Assembly (NCBI RefSeq): GCF_006345805.1 | Contig: NC_043003.1 | Location: 109,182,001-109,246,000 of the forward strand | DNA: 64,000 nucleotides | Source: Octopus sinensis | Lineage: Eukaryota | Direction: 5' to 3' | Part shown: positions 13,161 to 26,696 of the stretch, one piece after another | Numbering within the stretch: the stretch's first letter is position 1 | Layout of the letters: each line of letters opens with the position of its first letter | Program-made: the position numbers and the translations under genes | The notes under the pieces: generated by a model | Seen by the model: the letters and a program-made list of their open reading frames with translations, nothing else | Databases searched by the model: none | Told to the model about the DNA's origin: nothing

Positions 13161-14224
13161 ATATATATATATATATACACACACACACATACATACACTC
13201 ACACATACATTCATATATATATATATACATGTTGTGTGTATGTGTACACACACACACACACCACACACGTGCGCACACACACATATATATGACGGGCTTC
13301 TTTCAGTTTCCGTCTGCCAAATCCATTCACAAAGCTTTGGTCAGCCTGAGGCTATAGAAGAAGACACTTGCCCAAGGTGCCTTGCAGTGGGACTGAACCT
13401 GGAACCATGTGTTTGGGAAGCAAGAAAAGTCCCAATAAGCCATGCAATGAGACTGAACCCAAAACCATGCAGCAGGGGAGCAAACGTCTTATTTCTTTAT
13501 TGCCCCACAAGGGGCTAAACACAGAGGGGACAAACAAGGATGGACATATGGATTAAGTCGATTTTATCGACTTCAGTGCATAACTGGTACTTATTTAATC
13601 GACCCTGAATGGATGAAAGGCAAAGTCGACCTCGGCGGAATTTGAACTCAGAATGTAGTGGCAGACGAAGTACCGCTAAGCATTTCGCCCGGCATGCTAA
13701 TGTTTCTGCCAGCTTGCCACCTTATCTTACTACACTGCCAAGCTTGTTGATAAACAAAGTAACAGCACAGAAGCTTTTACTGGGCTGGGGGTGCAATTCT
13801 TCTCCTCTCCCTTTCCCTCTCTTACTCTCTTATAATTGGTTATGTCACCATTCTAGTCCTTGACCAGCAGTGATGATCTGATGACAGGTGAAGTGCTACA
13901 TCTGTTAGAAGACATTGCATTAAAGCAAGATTTAGGCTAAGAAGAAGATCCACAGATGTGACAGGTCAACAGAATCATAGAACAGGTTGCTGTAGTAGCT
14001 GTTATTGTTGTTGTTGTTGCTGCTTAGCTTCAGGTCCTGTATTCAAATGCATTCTAGACATGACCAGGCTTTCTTTTTTTACATTATCTAATGTGTCCTA
14101 CTTTTGTTTAAGATGGTAAGAAAACATTTGATATGTCTAGTACTTCAGCGACCTCATACGGAATATGTAGCTTGTTTGTTCATATTACGTCCATTTTTCC
14201 ATGCTTGCATGTGCTAGATGAATA

Positions 14225-14736
14225 CCGTAAATCCTTGAGTATAATCCACATTTTTTTCCCAAAATTTAAAGGTCAAAATCCCTATTGTGTACTATATACG
14301 AGGTTAAAAATGAAAAATATTTTCTAAGCAATGTCTGAGTCTCTATTTGCTGTCTGGCAATTTTTATTCAGACGCATTTTGTGATGTCGAGTGCAAAAAT
14401 AAGTTAAGCTAAGCCTGAAAGCAATGAAGTCATAAAAGAATCGTCCATAACTTGCAGTAAGCAACATTTATTAAACGTTATTACTGTTATTTCTTTATTT
14501 TCTGCAAACAAAATGCACAAAAAAGCTACACGTTTGAATTATGTTATATATACAATAATAATAAAGGATGTTACCGTATACATTTTTACAAATCAAGGAC
14601 ATTATATAGACCGCCTTGACTCAAGTTAGAGAAGGAGTGCGTATTATACACAAGGTTTAGGTTTTTCAGAGGTACAGCTCCCTAAAAATCCCCTGCGTAT
14701 TATACACAAGGGTGGACTATACTTGAGGATTTACGG
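14225..14736. mobile_element. Tc2/pogo-like MITE, inverted relative to 1999-2522
   Basis: TA|ccgtaaatccttgagtata...tatacttgaggatttacgg|TA. Confidence 0.8.
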
Positions 14737-15211
14737 TATGTTATTTAACATACTCTTCATAGTGTCGAATCTTGCTCGTTTTCAAGTAAGAGATCACTTA
14801 TTCTAGATGAATTTGAAGGCTTGAAGTGCTCAGGCAATTTTCTGAATGGAAAAACTGAAAACTGCCTGTCACACTTTCAAGCAAGTGACTGTAAATGCAT
14901 GGAGGACATGTGCTTTGGTGGTTAGGATGTTGTACTCATAGCTGTATGATTCTGGTTTTGTTCCCTGGACTGGTTAATGTGTTGTGTTCTTGAGCAAAAC
15001 ACTGCATTTCACATTGTTCCAGCCCATTCAGCTGACAAAAAAAAAGTAGTGGTAAGAAGCTTGCTTCCCAATAATATGGTTCCGGGTTCATTCCCACTGT
15101 GTGGCACCTTGGGCAAGTGTCTTCTAATATAGCCTCAGGCTAACTAAAGCCTTGCGAGTAGATTTGATAGACAGAAACTGAAAGAAGCCTACTGTGTGTG
15201 TATACATAAAT

Positions 15212-15670
15212 ATCATCATCATCATCATCTTTTAATGCTTGCTTTCCATGCTGGCGTGGGTTGGATGGCTTGACTGAGGACTGGAAAGCCAGGAGGCTGC
15301 ACCAGGCTCCAGTCTGATCTGGCAGTGTTTCTACAGCTGGATGCCCTTCCTAACGCCAACCACTCTGAGAGTGTAGTGGGTGCTTTTTACATGCCACTGG
15401 CACAGGGGCCAGTCAGGAAGCATTAGCAATGATCATGCTCAAATGGTATTTTTTATGTGCCACTGACATGGGAGTCACTCAGGTGGCACTGGAATCGACC
15501 ATTCTTGGATGGTGCTTTTTACATGCCACCAGCATAGGAGCCAGTCAACCAACACTGGCATCGACCATGCTTGAATGGTGCTTTTTATGTGTCACTAGCA
15601 CAGGAGCCAGTCAGGCGACACTGGTATCAGCCACACTCGAATGGTGCTTTTTACATACCACCGGCATGGC
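15212..15670 (-). mobile_element. Nin-like SINE with an internal tandem array of about 60 bp units
   Basis: 4-5 units of tggtgctttttacatgccac...gccagtca...cactgg. Confidence 0.65.
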
Positions 15671-16287
15671 GTGCCAACATTTCTGTGTATTTCTGTGTTT
15701 GTCCTCTTCCAGTGCTTGGCACCCAGTTGGCGTATTTATGTCCCCATAACTTAGCATTTCAGCAAAGTGACTGATAGAATAAATACCAGGCTTACGCAAA
15801 ACAAAAAAAAATATAAGTTTTGGGGTCAATTCATTCAACTAAAAATTCTTCAAGGTGGTGCTCCAGCATGGCCAGTCTAATAACCAAAACAAGTAAAATA
15901 TAAAAGATAAAAGATTAAAGTCCTGCATTCTTCTCTGTGGGGAATGTATAAATCACAGAAACCTGGGAACTGGCCTTATGATCCAATGAGCCAGGAAGGA
16001 CCTCGGATCCTTTCTATTTTTTACGTTTTTTTTTTATTGTAGACGTAGACAAATACATACCTGCATACACACAAGCCCCCCCCCCATCATGCCCCACACA
16101 AAAAAGCTTGAGTCATGAGTCAAACTCTCAGCTGCAATTTCAATGAAATACCATTTCCTTTACAACATGTATTGAGCACTCCTGCTACATTTGTACAATA
16201 TAAATCAACATACGAATCATATATACGTGTGTGTGTGTGGGGGGGTGTATGCATGTATGTATGTATGTGTATATGTATGTGTGTGTG

Positions 16288-16333
<46 letters not shown>

Positions 16334-16356
16334 TATACATATATATACATACACAC

Positions 16357-16399
<43 letters not shown>

Positions 16400-16978
16400 C
16401 AAAGAAAGAGAGAGAGAGGGGAGAGAAAGAGAGGGAGAGGGAGAGAAAGAGAATTACTACATTTACTGAAATGAATTTTGGTAAAAAAAACTTTATAGAA
16501 TATTTTTGTTAGTTTTTGTTACCATTTTTTTCCCCTCTACATAAATAATATTTGCCAAAATAATTAATTTAAAGAAGCAAATTTCAGTAAAATTTAATTT
16601 TATAACCAAGATTTTTTTATTATTTTTATTACATGTGTATTCTGACAGCTGGAAAAAACATCAGACTTGTATATATCTTTCAGAATATGTATGTTTATAT
16701 AAATAAAAGTGTGTGAATATATGTAATGAAATATGTATGGTAAATATATATGTACTAACATTGAAAATGTACGATGAAATGTATACACACTATATATATA
16801 CATATGTACATACGTACATTCAGACATACATATATATGTCTGTATATATATATATATATATGCACACACACACACACACACGCACGCACGCGCGCACACA
16901 CACACATATACACATTCATGCACATATGTATGTATACATATCAACACACATGTATATATGTTTGTGTGTGTACATATA

Positions 16979-17088
<110 letters not shown>

Positions 17089-17679
17089 TGTATGTATAGG
17101 TATATATATTTATATTCGTATGTGTGATGTGTGGTATATATACACTAGCAGACTAAAGCAGAATCTCTCACACACGGACATATTGCTCATACATTAACAA
17201 AAGCTGTGTAAATACACAAGAGTTGGAAATTGCAAATTTAGAAACACATTATATACAACACTTTGATTTTTGTTGGTTTGGTGCATAAACATGTAATAAC
17301 ACATAGAAATATAGAAATAACTATACAATAATTATATATATACAATAGATATATTTATAACACATATATTACACATACAAATAATTTTTAAAAATTCAAG
17401 TTAAAATAACTATTTCTTAATAAATCATTTTAGTTTATAATATTTATAAAGCACTCGGTTGTTCTTTACATTTTTTTACTTAATTCAATTATCCTTTTGT
17501 GCAAAGGAAATTGCAAACATTTCTAACCTCAAACATTAACATGGTTCCTTTGCTGGTTGTTATTGTTGCTCAGCCACAGATCAACTCTGATGAAGGATAT
17601 TCTAGATGTGACCATCCTGTCTTTTTCTTCGTGCAGGGAACCCAGGATCATATTATCTAATGTTTGCTTTATACGACAA

Positions 17680-20600
17680 AATGGCACACTTTTTCCGTTA
17701 GCAAATCTTTATATTTTCTTCTGAACTTGTCATATTCTTTTGCAGCAATATCATGATCGCAAGGGATACTCATATCGACCAATAAACAGACATTATTACT
17801 TTGGTCTTTTACAACAATATCCAGTTTATTAGCTTTCATAGTTCTGTCTGTATGTACTGGAAGGTCCCAAATGATCATCATGTTTTTTTCCCTCAGCGTG
17901 ATGCTCATGCCAATTTTCATTTTATAATGCCAACATATTAATCAGTGTAGATATTGGCCCACTCTGCCACGTCTTGATTTATACTCTTTTGGTCCTAAAA
18001 CTTTACATCCAGAGATTAAATGGTCCAGTGTTTCAATTTCATCATTGCAGAATTGGAACTTTGGAACTAGTCCATTTTGGTTTGGTAGTTCTGGGTCAAT
18101 AAACTTTGATCTTAAGCAGCGAAGATGAAGTCTTCACTCTCTGCTTTTAGCTCTGAGCTTCATAGCCATTGATGAGTGTGCTCCTGGTCAACATCATCTG
18201 GTTGGCTACAGGCCACATATTTGCCATGCAGAGTTTCTGCTCCTACCTACAAGCCACTTTCTTTGTCATTAATTTTATTTTCTTTGCAACAATAGTTTCC
18301 ACACTTTCCATTGGCTGTTCAGCCTCGGTATGATTCATGAAATCAAATGCAAATTTTTGCTCTCCTTCAAGATACAATGAAGCTTCTTATGTCTCTCATG
18401 ATTTTCAATGTGTTTTAGCATCCAGTCATTAGTTGTTTCAAGATATTTGGCCCATCCAATTGTGTTGGTTTTGTAAGAAGGTTCAAACTGGATCCCACCT
18501 CAACTTCCTTGGGCTCTGGGAAGGTAGAGACAATCCATGCCCACCTTTGGGTGGTGTGTTGTATTGCAAGTCAGCAGCTTGCAATTTTTCTATTAATTTT
18601 CTTTATTTCATTGATATTTCAGTTCAGTACATTTAAATTATGAGTAACAATTGGAATTGCTAAGGAATGTACGGCTAACATCCTTGTTATGTGCATTAAC
18701 TCAGATTCCAGAATTGCTTGTACTCTCCTATAACATTCCTTCTTGATCTTCCCATTCATGCTTGCATGCTGAATGCTAGAGCATTCATTTCTTCCTAGGT
18801 TTTCTCCTGTTCAAGTTCTTTTATAACTGTTCCTTATATTTAACTCTACTGAATCTGAGTTTATTAATTTCCCTTCTTTCTTGAAAGTGGTCTTGGAACA
18901 CTTATCAAGACCAAACTTTGTCCCCATATTATCACTGAATGCTTTCTCAGTATGTAATTGGCCTTCAAGCTCATCATTTTTTTTTTTGCCATATAGTTTA
19001 AAATCATTTATATAAAATAGTTAGGGTATTTTTTCTTGTTAATTTTATAACCATACTATATTCTGTTAAGTTCATTAGTCAGGGGTATTAGAGCTATGCA
19101 AAAAATTAGAGGTGAAAGCAAGTCACCTTAGAAAATGCTGAAAATGCTGATTGTTTGAAGTTAGTACTTCATTATAATGATATAATTGGAGATTCATATT
19201 CCGCAATGACATATGCTTCAGAATTTTTGAAATTACTGTTGAAACTTTGAAGTTGTCCAGTAATTTCAAGATCCACAAATATGGTCAAAAGCTGTCAAAA
19301 GCATTTTTGTAACCAATCTATGCAGAACTAGCATTTCTGTGCTTATGACAGTTCTGAAGGATCATGTGATTAATTAAGAGTTGATCTATATATCTATTTG
19401 AACATTTTTTGTTCAGTGGAGAAAATATTGTTCTCTTCCATAAATGCATATGTTTTATCCCATCAGAAGAGATGTTAAAGCTTTATAAGCAGTGGATGAA
19501 CAGGTTATGAGCTGATAGTACTTTTGAAATTTGGTTTCTTTGGGAGTAGGTAAGTACTACCACTTGCTAACCAGCCAGGTGTTTTCTTTGGATCTCTCAT
19601 AATTTCATAGAACAGCTGGTTTAACTCTTCATATGCACATGAGAGTGATGAGAGCCAGAAATTTGGCACCTTATCTTTGCCACTGGGGTTCTACTTACAA
19701 GTCTTCATGAGTATCATCCTTAGGTCTTCTATCGAGATGTCTTCCCAAACTAGTTCTTGTAAATTTTGGTAGGATCCTTTTGTGCATCTAATTCGATCTG
19801 CATTTTCATTGTATGGTTTCTCATCACTCCAAATCTTTTTCTGAAAGTGTTCAACTTCTTCTAAGGGAGGGGAGTCGGTTTTCAATGGTTATTTTCTCCT
19901 TCCCTATTTCTCAGTAAAATGCCATGGCACTGGATGCAAATGGCTTATTTTTGCATGTAACAATTGTTTCTTTCCTCAAATCTTCACATACTTAGAGTCT
20001 TCACTTGAACTTAGCATTTCATTGTTGCTTTCGTTGATATCAGTTCTTCTCTTAATGAAAATCTACATTTTCTCCTCATCCTTCTTCCTTTTCTGGATCT
20101 GACATAATTTTCACAGATTGATTAATTTAATATTGATATTTTCTTTCTCGTTAATCTAATTTCTTTTCCAGTTTTACATATCTAGTGTGCTTTTCTTTTC
20201 AAGTTTGGGTTTCTTTGCTTTTTGAAGGCATACAACTTGTTTCAGTTGCCTAAGTAGGCACATAAATAATTTCTTTCCATTCAATAAGATCAGTTTAATG
20301 CTTGTAGGATTTCTTTTATTACATAGTTGCCAATTTTAATTTGCTCTTTATTTCAGTTTGTATTTGAGAATTTATGATGTGATTCTCTCATTCATACGTG
20401 TGTGTCTTATAACTGCATGCTCACTCAGAAATTTCTGCTTCATTACCATCATAAACCTCTCTGTCCTTTTGCAAATGTATCCTTTTCAAATAATGTTTCT
20501 TTGCCACTTTCCTGGCTGTCTTTATCATATTCATTATAATTTCTTATTTCTCCAGGCCTTTGCATGATTTGATCAGATGACAATATTTCAATTAAGACTT

Positions 20601-20950
20601 TCGCTTCTGTCATATATTCAAATCATTTGCCATTATTTTGCTTCATCACAAGTATGTCAGTAACTGTGTCTTTTTATTTCTGAAGAAATCTCTCCAAACA
20701 TTTGCTAACTTGTTTCCATCCAAATAGGGTCTGCTTTATGCCCTTCCCAAGTTCATTTGATCCTCTTACATTTTCCTTTTCTGTGGTGGCTGTGGTGGTG
20801 ATAATGGAGGGCTGTTTCCATTCAAGCAACCATCCAGCTTCATATTCAGAGAAGAGTTTGTGCCAGTGGATGACTTTTTGACCTCAGGCTGTCTCCTTAC
20901 TGAGGGATACGCTTCCAGAATACCCATAGGACAAGCAATATGTTGTTCTG
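17680..20950 (-). mobile_element. Degenerate, near full-length R4/Dong-clade non-LTR retrotransposon
   Basis: Fragments include IIWDLPVHTDRTMKANKLDIVV...LLVDMSIP (RLE) and FQKKIWSDEKPYNENA, with RT remnants between. The 5' end abuts (ATT)n. Many stop codons. Confidence 0.8.
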
Positions 20951-20962
20951 TTATTATTATTA

Positions 20963-20994
<32 letters not shown>

Positions 20995-20999
20995 GTTAT

Positions 21000-21082
21000 T
21001 ATTTATTGTCTTTGCACAGCTTCTAATGCTGGGGATCTACTATGGTGCCAACTGTTCACTACCAGTGAACTAAGGTAACACC

Positions 21083-21083
<1 letters not shown>
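21000..21083 (-). mobile_element. Isolated 3'UTR of an R4/Dong LINE family within (ATT)n
   Basis: Closely matches 40065-40137, which lies directly after that LINE's stop codon. Confidence 0.7.
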
Positions 21084-21144
<61 letters not shown>

Positions 21145-21825
21145 GAGTATTATTCCTGTTTAACACTGTAGCTTTACTGGAGGGATGTAACAAAGTGTCA
21201 GTTGTCCACAACCAGATACATCATTGGAAGCCTGATAAAGTGGAATATTTGTGTCAAGAAAGCATCTCTTATTGACATAAAATGTTAAAAAACGCAGAAA
21301 TACATCAGTAGCAGACAAATGTCATCCAACAGTGGCGATGGCATTACTAAATATGTATTTCTGCGTCATTGGGCATTGTCAGTAGCAAGTAGCCGCTGAC
21401 AACTGCATGCTAAGACAAAAGTCAGCTGTTACTGATATAGCAAAACAGTGATTGCAAAGTCATTGATGTTGCAATTAACTAGCAGGCTGAATAAAATTCA
21501 TTATTTGCAACAGAAACAGTATTAGTTCAAAAGAGCAATCTGTGTATCATACGTATAGTAGACATATCATTGAAAGCCAACTTACTGTGGTATTTGTCTT
21601 GAGATAGCATTCCTTATAAACACATACTATTAAAAAACACAGGAATATATCAGTAGCAAAGGAGAATCATCCAGCGGTGGACATATTTAGCAATGCCACT
21701 ACCAGTGGGGAATGATTTTATGATATATGAATTACGAATTGCTATATCTTAACTGTGTATGTATGTGTATGTGTGTGTATGTGTGTGTGTATATATATGT
21801 ATGCGTGTGTATATATAAATATATA

Positions 21826-22097
21826 TCACTGTGATCACCATGACCGACCAGGCTATCAGATGTTGCTACACATCGCTGGTCACAATGCGCTTCACATTGT
21901 TTTAGCCTTCAAATGATGCCACCCCGCTGGCTAAGCGAGCAGGCCAACAGAAGAAAGAGTGAGAGAAAGAGTGAGAGAAAGAGTGGAGCGTTAGGTGTTT
22001 TCGCTCAATAAACACTCACAACGCTCGGTCTGGGAATCGAAACTGTGATCCTACGACTGCGAGTCCTCTGCCCTAACCACTGGGCCATTGTGCCTCC
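21826..22097 (-). mobile_element. tRNA-derived SINE
   Basis: The head is the reverse complement of the head at 3544-3650. Confidence 0.7.
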
Positions 22098-22113
22098 ACA
22101 AAATATATATATG

Positions 22114-22201
<88 letters not shown>

Positions 22202-22203
22202 AC

Positions 22204-22314
<111 letters not shown>

Positions 22315-22886
22315 AATGTATATATGTATATATAAGATATGTGTTTTATGTATGTACATGAATGTGTATATGTCTGTGTGTGTATATGCATGTAGAAAGT
22401 GGTAATATTAAATTTACAAGTCATAGAATTATTTCTTAATTCTTTCATTCATAAAATCCAATGCACCAATGAACAAAAACGTTTTAGAAATACCAAATAT
22501 ATTGTAAAATACATAAACATAGAGATTACAATATGTGTGTATGTGTATATATATATATATATATATAACTGAATATATGTATGTTTGTATGAATGTATAT
22601 ATATTTTTATATATGTGTTATATATGAATGTATTGATCTTTGTGTATGCATGTACATATATATATATATGTATATATATGTATATATTTATATATATACA
22701 CATATATATATGCAAGTGTTACAAATAAACAGCCCAAAAATAAAATATAGCATTGACGATAAATGAGTTATTTGTTAATAATGGTTTAACATTCATTTTC
22801 ATATTCATATGCTATAAATCTCTCTCTCTCTCTCTCTCTCTCTCCTCTCTCTCTCCCGCTTTTCATCCATACAAGACAAACACGCA

Positions 22887-22917
<31 letters not shown>

Positions 22918-22992
22918 CCATACACATGTACAAAACACTCACATGTTATCTCTCTCTCTCTTGCTCTCTTCCTAACCATCATCATCATCATC

Positions 22993-23030
<38 letters not shown>

Positions 23031-23048
23031 TTCATCATCATCATCATC

Positions 23049-23082
<34 letters not shown>

Positions 23083-23524
23083 CCATCATCATCAACAACA
23101 ACAGCCAACAAAACGAACCCAACCCAATAAACAACATCCATGCTAATATTTCCAATAACGATACACAATTGTATTTACAGGAGGTAAATTAATTTTATTC
23201 ATATTATTTTCCTATGGGGAGCTTTCAAAAAAAACACAAATCATAAACACAAACAATAATACTAATATGGATAACAACAACACAACAGTAATTCTCCAAT
23301 TTCTATAGAACAGTGAATGAGAATCTTATGTAAAGTTCAGCTCTACAGAAGCTGTGATGGGGTTCCTATAGAGACAGGGATGGTTTTCAGTTGAGATTCT
23401 TACAATATATTTTGTGATATCTTCAGGTTTCTCTTCCCTGTTTCCTCTTACCTCTACTCTTGTTCTTGCATGCATTACCTCTTCATTTCTATCACTCTTC
23501 TCTACACTTCTCTCTTTCTCTTGC

Positions 23525-23548
23525 TCTATCTATCTGTCTGTCTATCTG

Positions 23549-23635
<87 letters not shown>

Positions 23636-23790
23636 GTCTGTCTGCCTGCCTGCCTGCCTGTCTGTCTGTCAGTCAGTCAGTCAGTCTGTCTGCCTGCCTG
23701 CCTGCCTGTCTGTGTATCTGTCTGTCTGTCTGTCTGTCTTTCTCTGTCTGTCTTTCTGTCTTTCTGTCTGTCTGTCTGTCTGTCTTTCTT

Positions 23791-23834
<44 letters not shown>

Positions 23835-23843
23835 CCTCTCTCT

Positions 23844-23905
<62 letters not shown>
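23525..23905. repeat. Compound tetranucleotide microsatellite (TCTA/TCTG/CCTG)
   Basis: Read directly from the sequence. Confidence 0.95.
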
Positions 23906-25009
23906 CTGTGTATATATGTATATGACTTAGTTGGTAGTCCATTGGCCTGAACAGCTAAAGGTCCCTGGTTCAACCCTGGGTTTCAGCATCCAGTGGTTGG
24001 TGTTAGCTTTCTTTCATTGGTGGTGCCCCAGCATGGCCACTGCCTCTGGATGAAACTGACAACAGAATAGTCAAAACGTGAAGTTGTATGCAAGTATATC
24101 CTCCTACTCCTTGTCCTCCTCACCACCGCCACTGCCGCCGCCACCACCGCCGCCACCGCCACCGCCACCACCACCACAACCACCATTTATCATTATCCTT
24201 TCAGTACCGAATCTGTCATGCTTGCATAGGTCAGCTGTTACATGAGTGTTGTGTGTGTGTGTGTGTGTGCGTGTGTGCGTAGATGAATATATGCCTGTAT
24301 ATACCATGCAATCTTTTATTCTTGCATATCAGTCGCTGGATATGTGTTGTAAGTTATTGTAGTCAATCTCATGCATCCCAGTATTTCAATCTGATGTATA
24401 TTTTATCAATTTCTGTTAGAGATTCTTTTTTACACAACCACCTTACCAACAACAAATATGTAGCTGTCTGTTTATCTATTCCTCTCCCTTTACCCTTCCT
24501 GTGTAACTCTCTCTCTCTTTCTCTCCTTCATTCTAGTTCTCCTGTCCTACTCTCCTCTCCCTTCTATCACTTCCTTACCTCTGTTCTCTCTCTTTTGTCA
24601 CTCTCTGGGCAACTACTGTCTCATCCTTGTTTCTTTCAATGAATGGAATCAATGTTAGATGAAGGAGACCCTTTATTCTTGCGTAGGACTTGACAACCTC
24701 TCTGGTACTGGTGTCATGATGAAATGAACATTGTACTCTCCGTAAAGAGCTTGATTTCTAGAAGGGCATCTAACCATCCAGCCACAGAAAATGTGTTAAA
24801 AACGAAAATAAAATTCAATAATGCATCTATGAGGACAGTAACTCTAGATAAGAACTGACTTGGATCTTATCAGGTTTAAATCTTGCAAGTTTGGCAATGA
24901 TAGGAATGATGCTGCTGATGATGATGATGCTATTGCTCTCTCTCTCTTTCTCACTCACACACACACATGCATGTAACACACAGACACATGCTTATATATA
25001 TGCATATAT

Positions 25010-25053
<44 letters not shown>

Positions 25054-25079
25054 ATATATCATATATAATATAAATATTA

Positions 25080-25110
<31 letters not shown>

Positions 25111-25203
25111 ATCCAACGTGAAAACACAAAGAGAAAACACAACAACGCGAGGACGTGGAACAAGTATAGTGTTATTTGATGCTCAGGAAAGGAAGAAAGA
25201 AGG

Positions 25204-25237
25204 ATTTAACGTTTCGAGTGAGTTCTTTGTCAGAAAT
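25204..25237 (-). ncRNA. Degenerate minimal hammerhead in a short PLE-type repeat (about 25105-25312)
   Basis: attt-CTGACAA(=CTGACGA)-agaactcactc-GAAA-cg-TT-aaat, with an ACGT palindrome at stem III. The element is flanked by (TA)n. Confidence 0.55.
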
Positions 25238-25362
25238 ATAGGAAAAGGAAAGATCCAAGGAAGGGAAGACGGAGAGAAAAAATTGCTAACGGTACACACG
25301 CGATCACATTTATATATAACACACACACACACACACACATATATATGTGTGTGTGTGTATAT

Positions 25363-25393
<31 letters not shown>

Positions 25394-26515
25394 CTGTATG
25401 TATGTATATATATGTATATTTATATCATCAATTTAGAATCTAGTTTTCCATGCTTGCTTGGATCAAATGAAACAAGATTAGAGTAAAATTTTCTAACCCT
25501 AACCATGTAAGGTGGTTGGATGCCCTTCTTGACATCCACCTTCAGTTTGAACGTAGTTACAGAGAAGATTGGAAACTATCATTGACACCATATGCATGAC
25601 CCTTTTTTTTCACAATCAGTAAATATGCATGAAAACAAAAGGGGAATGTCAATTTACTCACATAAATGAACCACCCTCATGTACAGACACACCTAGATAC
25701 GTATATGTGTGTATGTGTATTAGTATGTGTATGTATGACTGTGCATGTGTGTGTGTGTGTTTGCATATGTGGACATGCGTATGATGGGCTTCTTTAGTTT
25801 CCCTCTGCCAATTTCATTCTCAAGGTGTTGGCTGATCTGTGGCTATAGAACAAGTCTCCAGTTGACAGTGTTCTTGCAGTAGGACTAAACCCCCTATGCT
25901 ACATGGCTCTGAAGCAAACTTCTTAACTACACTTCAGCCTTGGCTGCATCTGTGTCAACAACAAGGTTCATTTCCTCATGGCACCAGCCTCAGAAGAGTT
26001 GCCTTGTCCTGCGCAAGACTGAAGAGTCCTCTTTAACATTGATTCCATTCATTGAAAGCAACGTTGGCTGGGAGAAAAATAGCTGAGAGTGTGACGAAAG
26101 AAGGAGGAGGAAATGTTAGGGAGTGATAGAAAGGATAGTTAGAAGAAAGAATCAGAATGTGGAAAGAGAGAGAGAGAGAAGAAGAGAGAGAGAGAGAGAG
26201 AAGGAGAGTCATACTAGAGAAAGTAATGGACAAGAGAGATAGAATGAAGTAGACAGTGGCTACTTCTCTCTCTCTCTTTCTCCATCTCTCTCTTACTGAC
26301 CTCAATAATCTAATCCTTAGCCACTCACACACCCAGTCAAAGACATATATATGCACACAGGCATATGAACACATGCACACACAGACACATAAAAACAAAT
26401 GTAAATACATACATGTATGCTTGCATGCATACATGCATACAAAGAGACAGATAAGAAGAGAGATAAATACAGATGAGTGTAAACATACATACACAAACAC
26501 ACACACACACATATA

Positions 26516-26552
<37 letters not shown>

Positions 26553-26651
26553 GCATATACATATATATAGACATATATATACACACACACATACATATAT
26601 ATATATACATACATACATATATATACATACATACATTCATACATATATACA

Positions 26652-26683
<32 letters not shown>

Positions 26684-26696
26684 CATTCATACATAT

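Noticed and set aside
13868-13905. gtgatga...ctga, possible C/D snoRNA or HHR core
   Set aside because: The boxes are too close together, and there is no terminal stem or GAAA box.
21000-21083. Structured motif considered as an HDV-like or twister ribozyme
   Set aside because: It matches the LINE 3'UTR at 40065-40137, and the required pseudoknots were not found.
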